DNA of 64,000 nt from NCBI GenBank assembly GCA_965279005.1, contig CBDIHK010000024.1, forward strand, positions 166,562 to 230,561, given 5' to 3'. The translations under genes were made by a program, and so were the position numbers. Numbering within the stretch: position 1 is the stretch's first letter; every line of letters starts with the position of its first letter. The stretch is from Alteromonadaceae bacterium (GTDB lineage Bacteria > Pseudomonadota > Gammaproteobacteria > Enterobacterales > Alteromonadaceae). This document shows positions 34,780 to 44,228 of this stretch, piece after piece. The notes below the pieces were generated by a model. It was given only the letters and a program-made list of their open reading frames with translations, made no database searches and had not been told where the DNA came from.

Positions 34780-36866
34780 AACTCAATATCTTCAACGAGG
34801 CGCAGATCAGACTCTTGCCGCTGCGTTTGCACGAATATCAGGCGCTGGTTTTGTAAGTCCAGCGCCATTGTTTCAAAGGCCGCAATGCTTTCGTCTGGCA
34901 TTTGCATTATTGTTTTGTGTGATTGCGTATTGAAATCGTAAAACTTCACTTCGTCCATATTCTCCTGCCTGATCACATAATACATCCCTGTCTCTGACAA
35001 CACCCAGGTACTGCCATCGACTTTGCTATTGGTTTCCACCAGGAGTGATGTTTCACCGGATTCAATATCGTATTGCCATATTCCTGTTTTCGATAAATCC
35101 GCGAATATTAATTTGTTCTCAATAGGGTGTTGTTGGCCATATACCGCGGCTTGGGGCATCAATTTTTGTTTGCTTCCATCCATTGCGAGTTGGTGCAAGT
35201 AGAACTCATTGCCGTACCGTATCCCGGTATATATATGGTTTCCATCACGTGACCAGGTTGGCGGTGCATGGTCTTGGTCACCATCGGTGATTTGCCTTAA
35301 TGAACCATCGGAGAAGTCATAAATATGTATTTGTTTGAATTTATTGGCTTTATCGGCAGCTGTGAAGGCTATTGCGCTGCCATCGGGTGACCAAGTAGGG
35401 CCATACACTTGGGTTTGCATATGGGTCAGTTGCCGCGACTCCTCACCATTGCGATCCACCAACCACACTTCATCGTTACCGCTGCGGTTGGATACAAAGG
35501 CTAGCTGTCCGGTTGCCTGTGAAAAATTGGGATAGAAATCAATATTAGGCGAGCTAAGCAGGGGCGTAACCGGCGCTTGGTTGGCTTCGGCCACAAGCTC
35601 AAGTGCCATTATGCTCTTCCCGAAAGAGCGCCTGGCGTAAACTAGGGTTTTGTTGCGTTCCGAATAGTTTGGGAATAAGGCGTTGTTGATATGGGGCAAT
35701 ACTGGCTTGTAGGTTGCTGTTTTAACATCAAGTAGTTTCAGCTTGCTTTGGTTATTTTCTAAAAGGGAAAAAATGATGTCTGAACCAGCCCAGGATAAGC
35801 CCATTATGGTGCTGGCAATCGGCACCATTTCCAGGTTTGAGCCATCGAGTTGGCTGATAAAAATATCGCTGTTGTTGACCCCTTTATTGCGCACAAAAGC
35901 GACTCTCCTACCATCAGGTGAGATCTGCATATAACTATCTGCCAATCCTTTTTCCGAAGTTTCAACCGCCAATTGCAATGCTTCGCCACTTTGGTGGTTA
36001 AAAACTGTGGCCAGGCCGTTTTGTCCGCTCTCATCTGGTGTTGAAAAAACAAAAGTTGATTGCCCAGAATGCCAGCTCAACCCCCCCACGTGGCGGGTTT
36101 CGCAGTCACTAACTTTATATTGTTCACGGGTAACCAGTATTATCACCCTTACCTCGCATCGCTGTTCCGGCGTAAGCGCTATAAAGGCCAGGCGCTGGCT
36201 ATCTTGTGACCAGTTGGGATATGCAGCTCCAATAGCATTATCGGGAGAAACCTGGGTATCGGTGTTGCTACCGGTAATGCTTTGCACATGTAACTGGTAT
36301 TCCCCATCTTTGGAAATACGGGTGAAAGCGACAAAGTTGCCATCCGGCGATAACTTGGGATTGACCTCGTGCCCAGAGAGCTGGGTAAGTGCCCTGGGAA
36401 GCTTTTGGCTGGGGCTTGCTTGCTGGTCCAACTGCCTTTGCCACAATACCAAGAACACGGTGAATAGGATTATGGCCATGATACCCAGTGCGGTTGGTAG
36501 CGGCCTGAGAGTTTTGTGTTTGATATTTGTGTTTGGGCTGTGCTGTAGGCAATAACCAACCTTAGGCACAGTTCTTATCACTGAGCCGGATCCTGGCTCT
36601 TGCTCCAGAATTTTTCTTAGCTGCCAGATTGCGTCAGTGAGGCCTTTTTCACCACTGTATTGGTTACCTCGCCAGACTTCTTTGATGAGCTGCTCCCTGG
36701 TCACCGTGTTACCAGCGTGCGCCACAAGCAGTTGCAACACCTGCATGACCTTCGGCCTGATGGTCTGGCTAGTTCCGTCGCTTTTACTTAGCCGCAACTG
36801 TCCGGGCTGTATCAGCCAGTCACCTAGTTGGATACTTTCAGAGTCGTGCAACGGCATAATTACCAT
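34776..36866 (-). CDS. membrane-anchored winged-helix (CadC/OmpR-type) regulator fused to a TolB-like beta-propeller
   Basis: 696 aa. An N-terminal trans_reg_C-like domain ([12 protein letters not shown]...VWRG...LRK), one TM segment, then repeated PD40/WD40-like motifs (SPDG..xAF). Confidence 0.8.
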   Translation of the reverse strand: MVIMPLHDSESIQLGDWLIQPGQLRLSKSDGTSQTIRPKVMQVLQLLVAHAGNTVTREQLIKEVWRGNQYSGEKGLTDAIWQLRKILEQEPGSGSVIRTVPKVGYCLQHSPNTNIKHKTLRPLPTALGIMAIILFTVFLVLWQRQLDQQASPSQKLPRALTQLSGHEVNPKLSPDGNFVAFTRISKDGEYQLHVQSITGSNTDTQVSPDNAIGAAYPNWSQDSQRLAFIALTPEQRCEVRVIILVTREQYKVSDCETRHVGGLSWHSGQSTFVFSTPDESGQNGLATVFNHQSGEALQLAVETSEKGLADSYMQISPDGRRVAFVRNKGVNNSDIFISQLDGSNLEMVPIASTIMGLSWAGSDIIFSLLENNQSKLKLLDVKTATYKPVLPHINNALFPNYSERNKTLVYARRSFGKSIMALELVAEANQAPVTPLLSSPNIDFYPNFSQATGQLAFVSNRSGNDEVWLVDRNGEESRQLTHMQTQVYGPTWSPDGSAIAFTAADKANKFKQIHIYDFSDGSLRQITDGDQDHAPPTWSRDGNHIYTGIRYGNEFYLHQLAMDGSKQKLMPQAAVYGQQHPIENKLIFADLSKTGIWQYDIESGETSLLVETNSKVDGSTWVLSETGMYYVIRQENMDEVKFYDFNTQSHKTIMQMPDESIAAFETMALDLQNQRLIFVQTQRQESDLRLVEDIEF

Positions 36867-37160
36867 TTTTTAGTGCGAATTAGGTCGTATAGGGAAAATA
36901 CAATATATTTTCTAATCCCTCTATACACCCCACAGATTAAGCTCCTTGCCCCCAAAATAATACCTTTTGTAATTGACCTTCTTTCAGTTAAATGGTTGTA
37001 ACTTTTTGAAATATAGGGAAAAAGATAAATAAATATATTAATTCGAGCTTGTTTCGATATCAAGGTTGCTGTTTGTTTTCTTGTGTTTGGTTAAAAAGGG
37101 CGTAGACGAATTTGAAAGCTAGGTTAAGTGTAGTACCTAGCTAAAAACAGGGGAGTCGTC

Positions 37161-37646
37161 TTGCTAAAATCATCAAGTATGCATCCAGCGGATCCGAGGC
37201 AAGGATCGAACCATCCCAATGCAAACGAATGCCTATTTACCTGGTTATTCTTCTCGACAGGTTTGGTGGCTATTTGCTTTTATACAAGCCAGGTTTTAGC
37301 CAACCCAAGCGATACCGGTGAACATGGCCAAGAGGCGCCCGAACTCACTATTAAGCAAGAGCAACCAGCAGATCCTAATCAATCTAGAAACCATGATCTG
37401 ACATTTGTTGAGCCTGCTCGGGAAAACAACAGAAGCGGGGCAGGCCAACCTGATTGCCAAACGGATGCTACTGGTTGGCAGTGTCGTTTAGCTACGCTGG
37501 CACCCGTCGCTTCTTCGTCATGGTTAATTAAGTTGCAAGCTAAGGCAGAGGTTGGCACCACTGAACCAGAGCCTGCCCGCCCCGGTGAAAATACGAATGT
37601 TTCCCACGGCGGCTATGCAACGAGTTATAGAGGCAGCATAAACTGA
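37161..37646 (+). CDS. hypothetical exported or membrane protein (weak call)
   Basis: TTG start 5 nt after GGGGAG, and one hydrophobic segment. The sequence is low-complexity and I recognise no family. Confidence 0.3.
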   Translation: MLKSSSMHPADPRQGSNHPNANECLFTWLFFSTGLVAICFYTSQVLANPSDTGEHGQEAPELTIKQEQPADPNQSRNHDLTFVEPARENNRSGAGQPDCQTDATGWQCRLATLAPVASSSWLIKLQAKAEVGTTEPEPARPGENTNVSHGGYATSYRGSIN

Positions 37647-37735
37647 AGAACAGCGCCCTCTAATCGTTTCCTATCCACAACAATGACTGTTGCTTAGCAA
37701 ACCATCCCTACAGCCAAAGCACCAGACGATTTGGG

Positions 37736-38263
37736 CTATTCGGTGTAGTCCGCCATGGTTTTGCCGACGCGAGATTCTAAGCTGGACAAGCCGGCTTTTT
37801 TACCTTCTTGCATTGCTTCTTCTTGCGAGAGCCCTTTGTTCCAAAAAGCGTCTAGTGCAATCAAAGCGCCAACCCTATTGCTGCTGCCACAGTGCAAAAA
37901 GGCCTGGCCTTCGGCACCCGCCAACGCTTGGTTCATCAGGTCAACACTTTCTTTATTTAAGGCATCAGCGGACTCGATCGGTATTTCCACATACTGCATG
38001 CCCAGTGATTGCACCAGTTCAGCCTGGTTATAGCCGTCAAATTCCCCAGCGCCGCGGAAGTTCACAATAGTTGTAACCCCGTTATTGGCCATTTTCTCCA
38101 AATCTGCCTGGGTGGGCTGCCCTCCAGTGATGATCTTTTCATTGTAATGGCTCACGTTGCGGCCTTGGTAGCTAGCCTCGTCGCCAGCAACTAAGCTGAA
38201 AGGCAGCGCGAACACCAGTCCGAAGAAGAAAACAAGATCCCTGAATTTCATAGATATACCCAT
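37736..38263 (-). CDS. periplasmic DUF442-type phosphatase-fold protein (HCxxxxR-like P-loop)
   Basis: 175 aa with a signal peptide. FLHCGSSNRVG resembles the Cys-P-loop of the DUF442 / dual-specificity phosphatase fold. The start may be M5 (38251). Confidence 0.6.
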   Translation of the reverse strand: MGISMKFRDLVFFFGLVFALPFSLVAGDEASYQGRNVSHYNEKIITGGQPTQADLEKMANNGVTTIVNFRGAGEFDGYNQAELVQSLGMQYVEIPIESADALNKESVDLMNQALAGAEGQAFLHCGSSNRVGALIALDAFWNKGLSQEEAMQEGKKAGLSSLESRVGKTMADYTE

Positions 38264-38360
38264 AAATAGATGTAGCGTCTGGTTTGTTACTACTCAAGCG
38301 ATTTAAGGATCACCAGGTTCTAGTGCAAAATCCCTCTGCAAAGACAAACAGATGCTAGTC

Positions 38361-39962
38361 TCAAACGATTTGTTGGTACACCTTAGACCGGGCTGCAAGC
38401 TGTTTTTGTTCAGCCAAGATGTCTTTCAAATCTTGCTCTGTTGTCAATGGGTTGGCTAGGATCACCCTAAATACGGTGACAGCCTGTTCTGGGTATTTGG
38501 GGACTTCTAGGCGGGTACGGGAAACAAACGACTTGCCGGCTTCCCTTTGTTGCTTTTGCACACTGACGGTGAGCCTGTCTAGCGAGTCATTCAGGTCTTT
38601 TTGTTGCTTTTTACCAGCGTCCACTAGTCGTTGTTGTACCTTTTCTGGGCATACCCGGTAGGTCAAGATGCACAATGTGGGTTCTGTGACCAGTTCAAAG
38701 TCAGGGTCTTGCTCAATTAACCGGGCAAACAGTTGGGCTTTTGCAATGCTCTGGTCAATAAGCAGTTCATAACCTTGCCGGCCAATGATGTTCAAGGCCG
38801 AATACAGCATCATAGCCATACCGTTGCGTGAGCCTTCCAGGGTCGTGGCCCCTAGATCCTTAGATCCGGCCCGCAATATGTATTGGGCATGGTGGCGCAC
38901 CGCGTTGCTGTCTTCCGGGTTTTTAAACAGCACCATACCTGCACCCATGGGTACGTACATCTGTTTATGGGCATCCACGGTCACCGAGTCTGCCCGTTCA
39001 ATGCCTTTGAGTAACTGGCGGTAGTTGTTGGAAAACAGGGTTGCCCCACCCCAAGCCGCGTCAACATGGAAGTGGCAGCCGAGTTCGGCCGCGACGTCGG
39101 CCAGCTCATCAAGCGGATCTATATGGCCGGTTTCGGTAGTGCCCGCAACGCCGATGATAGCCAGTAGCTTGCTGCCTTGCTCAGCCAGCTGCTTACCATG
39201 TGCCAAGGCCGTCTGGGGATCCAAGGTCTGTGCTGGGCAGTCCAGGCTGTGCAGTTGCTCCCGGCCTATACCTAGGATATCAACCGCTTTGGAAATAGAA
39301 TAATGGCCGCGCTTAGAGCACAACACGGCTAGGTTGTCATAGCCATAGTGACGCAAGCCCGCTGCCAGGCCACTACGGGAAACGCCTTTGAAGGCGCCAT
39401 CTGCTGCCAGGCACTTGTTGCGCGCCACCCATAATGCGGTGATATTGGCCACGGTGCCGCCGGAACAAAATGCGCCTAGGCTTTGTTTGGCGCTGTGCAA
39501 ATAGTTTTGGTAAAAACTATCGGGTTCCTGGTATACCAGTTGATGTAACATACCAACCACCTGCCGCTCCAAGGGGGTAAAGGCCTTGGAGGTTTCTATT
39601 TTGACGGGGTTTTGGTTTAGCCCAACCAGCAGTTTTGCCAGAGGCAAGTGGAAATAGGGCAGTGCCGAGGTCATGTGGCCTATGAAGGTAGGTGCATAGG
39701 TGTTGACCGAATTGGCGACTAATTTTTCCAGCAAGTGCTCAGCATGTGCGGAAACAAACTGGGGCTTCTCTGGTACGTGGAACTCAGAAAAGTCTTGTTC
39801 AATGTGTTCTAGCGACGTTGCTTTGGCGACGACGTGTTGGTTTAGGAATTCCAACAGGTTATCAGACAACTGGCTTTCAATTTGTGCAAGTTTCGAATCT
39901 TGTTTTTCCGGAACTGTAAAGACCCGGTATAAATGTTCGAGGCTTGCTTCAGCTTGCTTCAC
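38361..39962 (-). CDS. group II PLP-dependent decarboxylase, PanP-like (putative aspartate 1-decarboxylase)
   Basis: 533 aa. Contains FIGHMTS, SGGTVANITAL, HVDAAWGG and the PLP-lysine motif VDAHKQ. Its size and motifs fit the family annotated as pyridoxal-dependent aspartate 1-decarboxylase. Confidence 0.75.
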   Translation of the reverse strand: MKQAEASLEHLYRVFTVPEKQDSKLAQIESQLSDNLLEFLNQHVVAKATSLEHIEQDFSEFHVPEKPQFVSAHAEHLLEKLVANSVNTYAPTFIGHMTSALPYFHLPLAKLLVGLNQNPVKIETSKAFTPLERQVVGMLHQLVYQEPDSFYQNYLHSAKQSLGAFCSGGTVANITALWVARNKCLAADGAFKGVSRSGLAAGLRHYGYDNLAVLCSKRGHYSISKAVDILGIGREQLHSLDCPAQTLDPQTALAHGKQLAEQGSKLLAIIGVAGTTETGHIDPLDELADVAAELGCHFHVDAAWGGATLFSNNYRQLLKGIERADSVTVDAHKQMYVPMGAGMVLFKNPEDSNAVRHHAQYILRAGSKDLGATTLEGSRNGMAMMLYSALNIIGRQGYELLIDQSIAKAQLFARLIEQDPDFELVTEPTLCILTYRVCPEKVQQRLVDAGKKQQKDLNDSLDRLTVSVQKQQREAGKSFVSRTRLEVPKYPEQAVTVFRVILANPLTTEQDLKDILAEQKQLAARSKVYQQIV

Positions 39963-40115
39963 TCAATCTACTCAAACGGCTGTTTAACGCGTGAATTTAA
40001 CCCCAATCAGCACCGGATTCAAACAGTACATGGTTTTATAAGCGGGTATGGTTAAATATTAGACAAATTTATATTTGTTGCTATATTTTTAGTGTAATTA
40101 GCTATAAGTAGGCTT

Positions 40116-40826
40116 ATGCGAGTACATGCAGTTAGTGATGACTTTTGTTTGGACAATGTCATCCCTTATTTCCAGCCAATAATCGATGTGCAACAGCAAA
40201 CTGTTTGGGGCTACGAATGTTTGGCCCGGCTATTAAAACAAGGTAGCCAAACCTTTTTACCTTGTGATTTTCTCTACTTAATAGATAAAAACAACGGCAA
40301 TGCTGGCCTAACCCAGCATATTTTCCACCAAAGTGCGGAATATTTCCGGCACCACCAAGTGAATTGGGGGATTAACATCTCTAAAGATGACGTGCTGGAT
40401 CCGGCAACGGTAACGTTCTTGCAGTCCTACCTTAAAGATTATCCCAATGCACACCGCGTCACCCTTGAAATTCAGGCCAAGACGGCCTTGCAGTACCAAC
40501 AGGAATTCAAAGCCTTCCTGCTGATTAGCAAGGCGCTCGGTATCAAGGTAGTAGTCGATCATTTTGGCGGTGTTGCTTCCAGTATTGAAGGCATGCTGGA
40601 AATGCCTATTGACGGGATCAAGATTGAAGCGAAATTACTAATACAACTAGCAAGTCACATTGAGAGTAAGCAATTACTTAATACGTTGTTGAAAAAAGCC
40701 AAATCCAATGATGTGGTGGTCATTGCTGAGCATATAGAAGATGCCGCAACGTTAGCCGCCATCGATAAACTACACATCCAGTTTGGCCAAGGATTTTACA
40801 TTAGCCAGCCCAGCTCAAGTGCTTAG
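40116..40826 (+). CDS. stand-alone EAL-domain protein (possibly degenerate)
   Basis: 236 aa, FQPIID...YECLARL, DHFGG, IKIE, AEHIE, GQGFY. Confidence 0.85.
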   Translation: MRVHAVSDDFCLDNVIPYFQPIIDVQQQTVWGYECLARLLKQGSQTFLPCDFLYLIDKNNGNAGLTQHIFHQSAEYFRHHQVNWGINISKDDVLDPATVTFLQSYLKDYPNAHRVTLEIQAKTALQYQQEFKAFLLISKALGIKVVVDHFGGVASSIEGMLEMPIDGIKIEAKLLIQLASHIESKQLLNTLLKKAKSNDVVVIAEHIEDAATLAAIDKLHIQFGQGFYISQPSSSA

Positions 40827-40870
40827 TAAAGGACAAGCAAGCGCTTAACAATGCCTCAAGTGCATCAATG

Positions 40871-41569
40871 CTACTGGTTTGTGCTGTAATCTAAATGGCA
40901 TACCAACTGCCATGAACTTTGCCCTGACTGCCAATATTTGCGTTCAAATGGGGTAATCGGCGCCGACGGCTCCAATTGTTTTTCTACAGCGCGTTGCCCT
41001 GCGCATTCCAGGGCGAATACAAATTCCTGGATATAGATGTGCCAATTGCTGCGTACCCGCAATTCACCACCAAGCAGCAAGATGTCTTTTAATGAAGGGC
41101 TGGCGTGCCAACGGCGCTGAACTTGGCTAGATTTGGGATAGGGGTTGGGGTAGAACAAGGTATGCAGCTGGGGCTGCCACCCCGCTTTCGCCATCAAATG
41201 CCACATGTCGATGACGTCTGCCCTAAATACTGCATAATTACCAGTTTGGTTGCTTGCTTTACCGGATAGGCTGGGCGTTTGGTAATGTATGTGTTTGCCC
41301 ACCCTGAGCGCCGATTTGTCCAGCCCCAATACCTGGGCTGTAGGGAAAAGTTGTGCCAAGTTACGGGTGCTTTCTCCGACACCACAGCAAGAATCAAGAA
41401 TCAGTACTTTATTGGGATCCCGCCAGCTTTTGATTTCCTCAAAAACCGCCAGGCTATGCCCGGGTACCGGCCTTTTACTGTCACTGTTTAAATAGCGTTC
41501 AACCAATTCAGGTATCTTTTTGTGGACACCTAGTTGGTTGGTACTTACTACTTTGGAATTATGCTTCAA
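40871..41569 (-). CDS. SAM-dependent methyltransferase (TrmB-like fold)
   Basis: 232 aa, with ILDSCCGVGEST (motif I) and LGLDKS. Confidence 0.65.
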   Translation of the reverse strand: MKHNSKVVSTNQLGVHKKIPELVERYLNSDSKRPVPGHSLAVFEEIKSWRDPNKVLILDSCCGVGESTRNLAQLFPTAQVLGLDKSALRVGKHIHYQTPSLSGKASNQTGNYAVFRADVIDMWHLMAKAGWQPQLHTLFYPNPYPKSSQVQRRWHASPSLKDILLLGGELRVRSNWHIYIQEFVFALECAGQRAVEKQLEPSAPITPFERKYWQSGQSSWQLVCHLDYSTNQ

Positions 41570-41591
41570 TTATATACTTCGTTTTTGAATG

Positions 41592-42362
41592 CTAAGAACG
41601 AATCCCGGTACCCTTGGAAATTAGGCGGTAGGCTATGGCAAAAAACAAGGCGTTAAACACCAATAACACCGTCATTGAAGTGGCCACAGAAAAGTCAGAA
41701 ACACCTAAAAACCCATACCTAAAGCCACTTACCATATAAACAATGGGGTTTATCTGGCTTACGCTCTGCCAAAACTCTGGTAACAGGCTCAGCGAATAAA
41801 ACACGCCGCCCAGGTAGGTTAATGGGGTTAGCACAAATGTCGGCACAATGCTGATATCGTCAAAGGATTTTGCGAATACGGCATTGATAAGACCCGCTGT
41901 TGCGAACAAGGTCGAGGTCAATACCAAAGTCGCCATTATCACCAACAGGTTGTGTACTTTAATGTCTACAAACAACATGGAGATGAAGGTGACGATAATG
42001 CCAATCAATACCGCCCTAAACAGCCCTCCGCCGACGTATCCAACAATGATAATCCAGTTGGGGACGGGCGATACCATCAGCTCCTCAATATTGCGCTGGA
42101 ATTTCGCACTAAAGAATGATGAGGAGACGTTGGCATAGGAATTGGTGATCACCGACATCATGATCAACCCCGGAACAATAAACTCCATGTAGCTGAAGCC
42201 ACCCATTTGCCCGATACGGCTACCTATCAGGCTGCCGAAGATGACAAAATAGAGGGACATCGTAATGGCCGGTGGTACCAAGGTTTGCACCCAAATCCGC
42301 ATGAAACGCGTGATTTCTTTGCGCCATATAGTTTTCAGTGCGACTAAGTTTCGATTTGCCAT
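41592..42362 (-). CDS. yadH: ABC-2 type transporter permease
   Basis: 256 aa with six TM segments, downstream of the ATPase. The yadGH pair sits near panBC as in E. coli. Confidence 0.88.
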   Translation of the reverse strand: MANRNLVALKTIWRKEITRFMRIWVQTLVPPAITMSLYFVIFGSLIGSRIGQMGGFSYMEFIVPGLIMMSVITNSYANVSSSFFSAKFQRNIEELMVSPVPNWIIIVGYVGGGLFRAVLIGIIVTFISMLFVDIKVHNLLVIMATLVLTSTLFATAGLINAVFAKSFDDISIVPTFVLTPLTYLGGVFYSLSLLPEFWQSVSQINPIVYMVSGFRYGFLGVSDFSVATSMTVLLVFNALFFAIAYRLISKGTGIRS

Positions 42363-42364
42363 TG

Positions 42365-43303
42365 CTAGGCTCCTTGGGCGGCTTCAGTGCCGTTACGGCC
42401 ATCTTCTACTAAACGCACAAACAACTCTTCCAACCGGTTGGCCTTATTGCGCATACTCATAATCTCGATGTTTTTGTCTGAAAGCTGTTGGAATAAATTA
42501 TTCAGGCTATTTTCCTTCGGGATGTCTACTTCCAAGGTGTGGATATCCAACATGCGGTATTGGAAGCCTTCCAGTTCGGGATCTTTGCTGCATTTAGGCA
42601 AATCCAGGACAAAGGTCTCTACGTTGAGCTTGCTGAGCAAGCGTTTCATGCTGGTATTTTCTACGATCCTGCCTTTATCAATAATGGCAATATTACGGCA
42701 TAACATTTCTGCTTCTTCCAAATAATGGGTGGTCAGGATAATGGTGATACCTTGGCCATTGATCTCTTTCAGGAACTCCCACATGGAGCGGCGGATCTCA
42801 ATGTCCACACCAGCTGTAGGCTCATCCAATATTAGCATTCTAGGTTCATGCATCAACGCCCTGGCAATCATCAGCCGCCTTTTCATACCACCCGACAGGG
42901 TTCGGGAAGCTTGGTTGCGCTTTTCCCACAAATCTAACTGTTTGAGGTATTTTTCAGCGCGCTCAAGTGCAATATCCCTGGGCACACCGTAGTAGCCTGC
43001 TTGGTTTACCACTATTTGCAATAGGGTCTCGAACTGGTTGAAATTGAACTCTTGCGGTACCAGGCCGATATGGGATTTGGCTGCCACCAGGTCAGTATCA
43101 ATACAATCACCAAATACCTTTACCTCGCCAGTGGACTTGTTGACTAGCGAACTTATCACGCCGATGGTGGTGGACTTTCCTGCGCCGTTGGGGCCAAGTA
43201 ATGCAAAAAAGTCACCGCTTTCCACGGTCAAATCAATGCCTTTTAGCGCCTGCACGCCACCTTTGTAGGTTTTGGTCAAACCCTTTATTTCAAGTGCGTT
43301 CAT
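42365..43303 (-). CDS. yadG: ABC transporter ATP-binding protein
   Basis: 312 aa. GPNGAGKST, LSGGMKRRL, LILDEPTAGVD. Confidence 0.92.
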   Translation of the reverse strand: MNALEIKGLTKTYKGGVQALKGIDLTVESGDFFALLGPNGAGKSTTIGVISSLVNKSTGEVKVFGDCIDTDLVAAKSHIGLVPQEFNFNQFETLLQIVVNQAGYYGVPRDIALERAEKYLKQLDLWEKRNQASRTLSGGMKRRLMIARALMHEPRMLILDEPTAGVDIEIRRSMWEFLKEINGQGITIILTTHYLEEAEMLCRNIAIIDKGRIVENTSMKRLLSKLNVETFVLDLPKCSKDPELEGFQYRMLDIHTLEVDIPKENSLNNLFQQLSDKNIEIMSMRNKANRLEELFVRLVEDGRNGTEAAQGA

Positions 43304-43590
43304 ATTCTATCCAAGTGTTGGAATTGGTGCTTATTAGAACCGGTATAGTTGGGGAGTTGCCGCTCAATTCAAGCCAGCAGAACCATACTGTTTATCTCTA
43401 TCATATTACAGATAATGGCGTGAAAGAACCCAATGGTCCCATTGTGCATTACCAATGGGGCACTTGGCCTGATCTAGCGAGGTTGTTCCCATTCTGTTAC
43501 AGCAGGCCTGGGGCTCAATTCCAATGACCCTTTACCGGGGCTATTTAACTAGGTAAGTTGCTTTTTACAACAAACGACTAAGGAACACAA

Positions 43591-44190
43591 ATGGCCCACC
43601 TCGAACCTTTGCCGCCGGAAACCACCCCGGAACTAGCAGATGATTTTGCTATTTTTGAACGTATTTTAGGGTTCATTCCCAATTCACTGCTCACTATGCA
43701 GCGCAAGCCAGAAATCGTGAAAGGTTTTGGTGTATTGACCAAAGCGGTAATGGCGGAAGACGGCGAAGTTGATCCCGGTTTCAAGCGCGTATTGGCGCAT
43801 TTTGCCAGCCGCGCAGCGGGTTGCCAATACTGTGAAGCCCACAGCTTAGTTGCAGCGAAGATCCATGGTATATCCGAAGAAAAAGTGGCGGCAGTATGGG
43901 AATACCAAACCAGCCCCCTATACACTGAAGCAGAGCGGGTTGCATTAGACTACGCACTGGCGGCAGGCAGCGTGCCCAATGCCGTGGATACTGAGCTGGT
44001 CGCGCGCATGAAGCAGCACTGGAGCGAAAACCAAATTGTCGAAATCCTCGGCGCGATTTGCCTGTACGGATTCTTAAACCGTTGGAACGATTCCATGGCA
44101 ACCTCATTGGAACAGTCGCCAAGTTCATTGGGGGAAGATGTACTCGCCAAAGGCGGTTGGACCGGCGGTAAACACCGCGAACAAGGTTGA
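43591..44190 (+). CDS. carboxymuconolactone decarboxylase / AhpD-like peroxidase-related protein
   Basis: 199 aa with a CQYCEAH (CxxC) motif typical of the family. Confidence 0.78.
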   Translation: MAHLEPLPPETTPELADDFAIFERILGFIPNSLLTMQRKPEIVKGFGVLTKAVMAEDGEVDPGFKRVLAHFASRAAGCQYCEAHSLVAAKIHGISEEKVAAVWEYQTSPLYTEAERVALDYALAAGSVPNAVDTELVARMKQHWSENQIVEILGAICLYGFLNRWNDSMATSLEQSPSSLGEDVLAKGGWTGGKHREQG

Positions 44191-44228
44191 TACCCAGACT
44201 AACTGTATTTTCTAATAGGTTATTGGCG

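Noticed and set aside
43201-43527. A 108-aa ORF on the + strand in the yadG upstream region.
   Set aside because: It starts inside yadG on the opposite strand, has no RBS, and has no recognisable domain.
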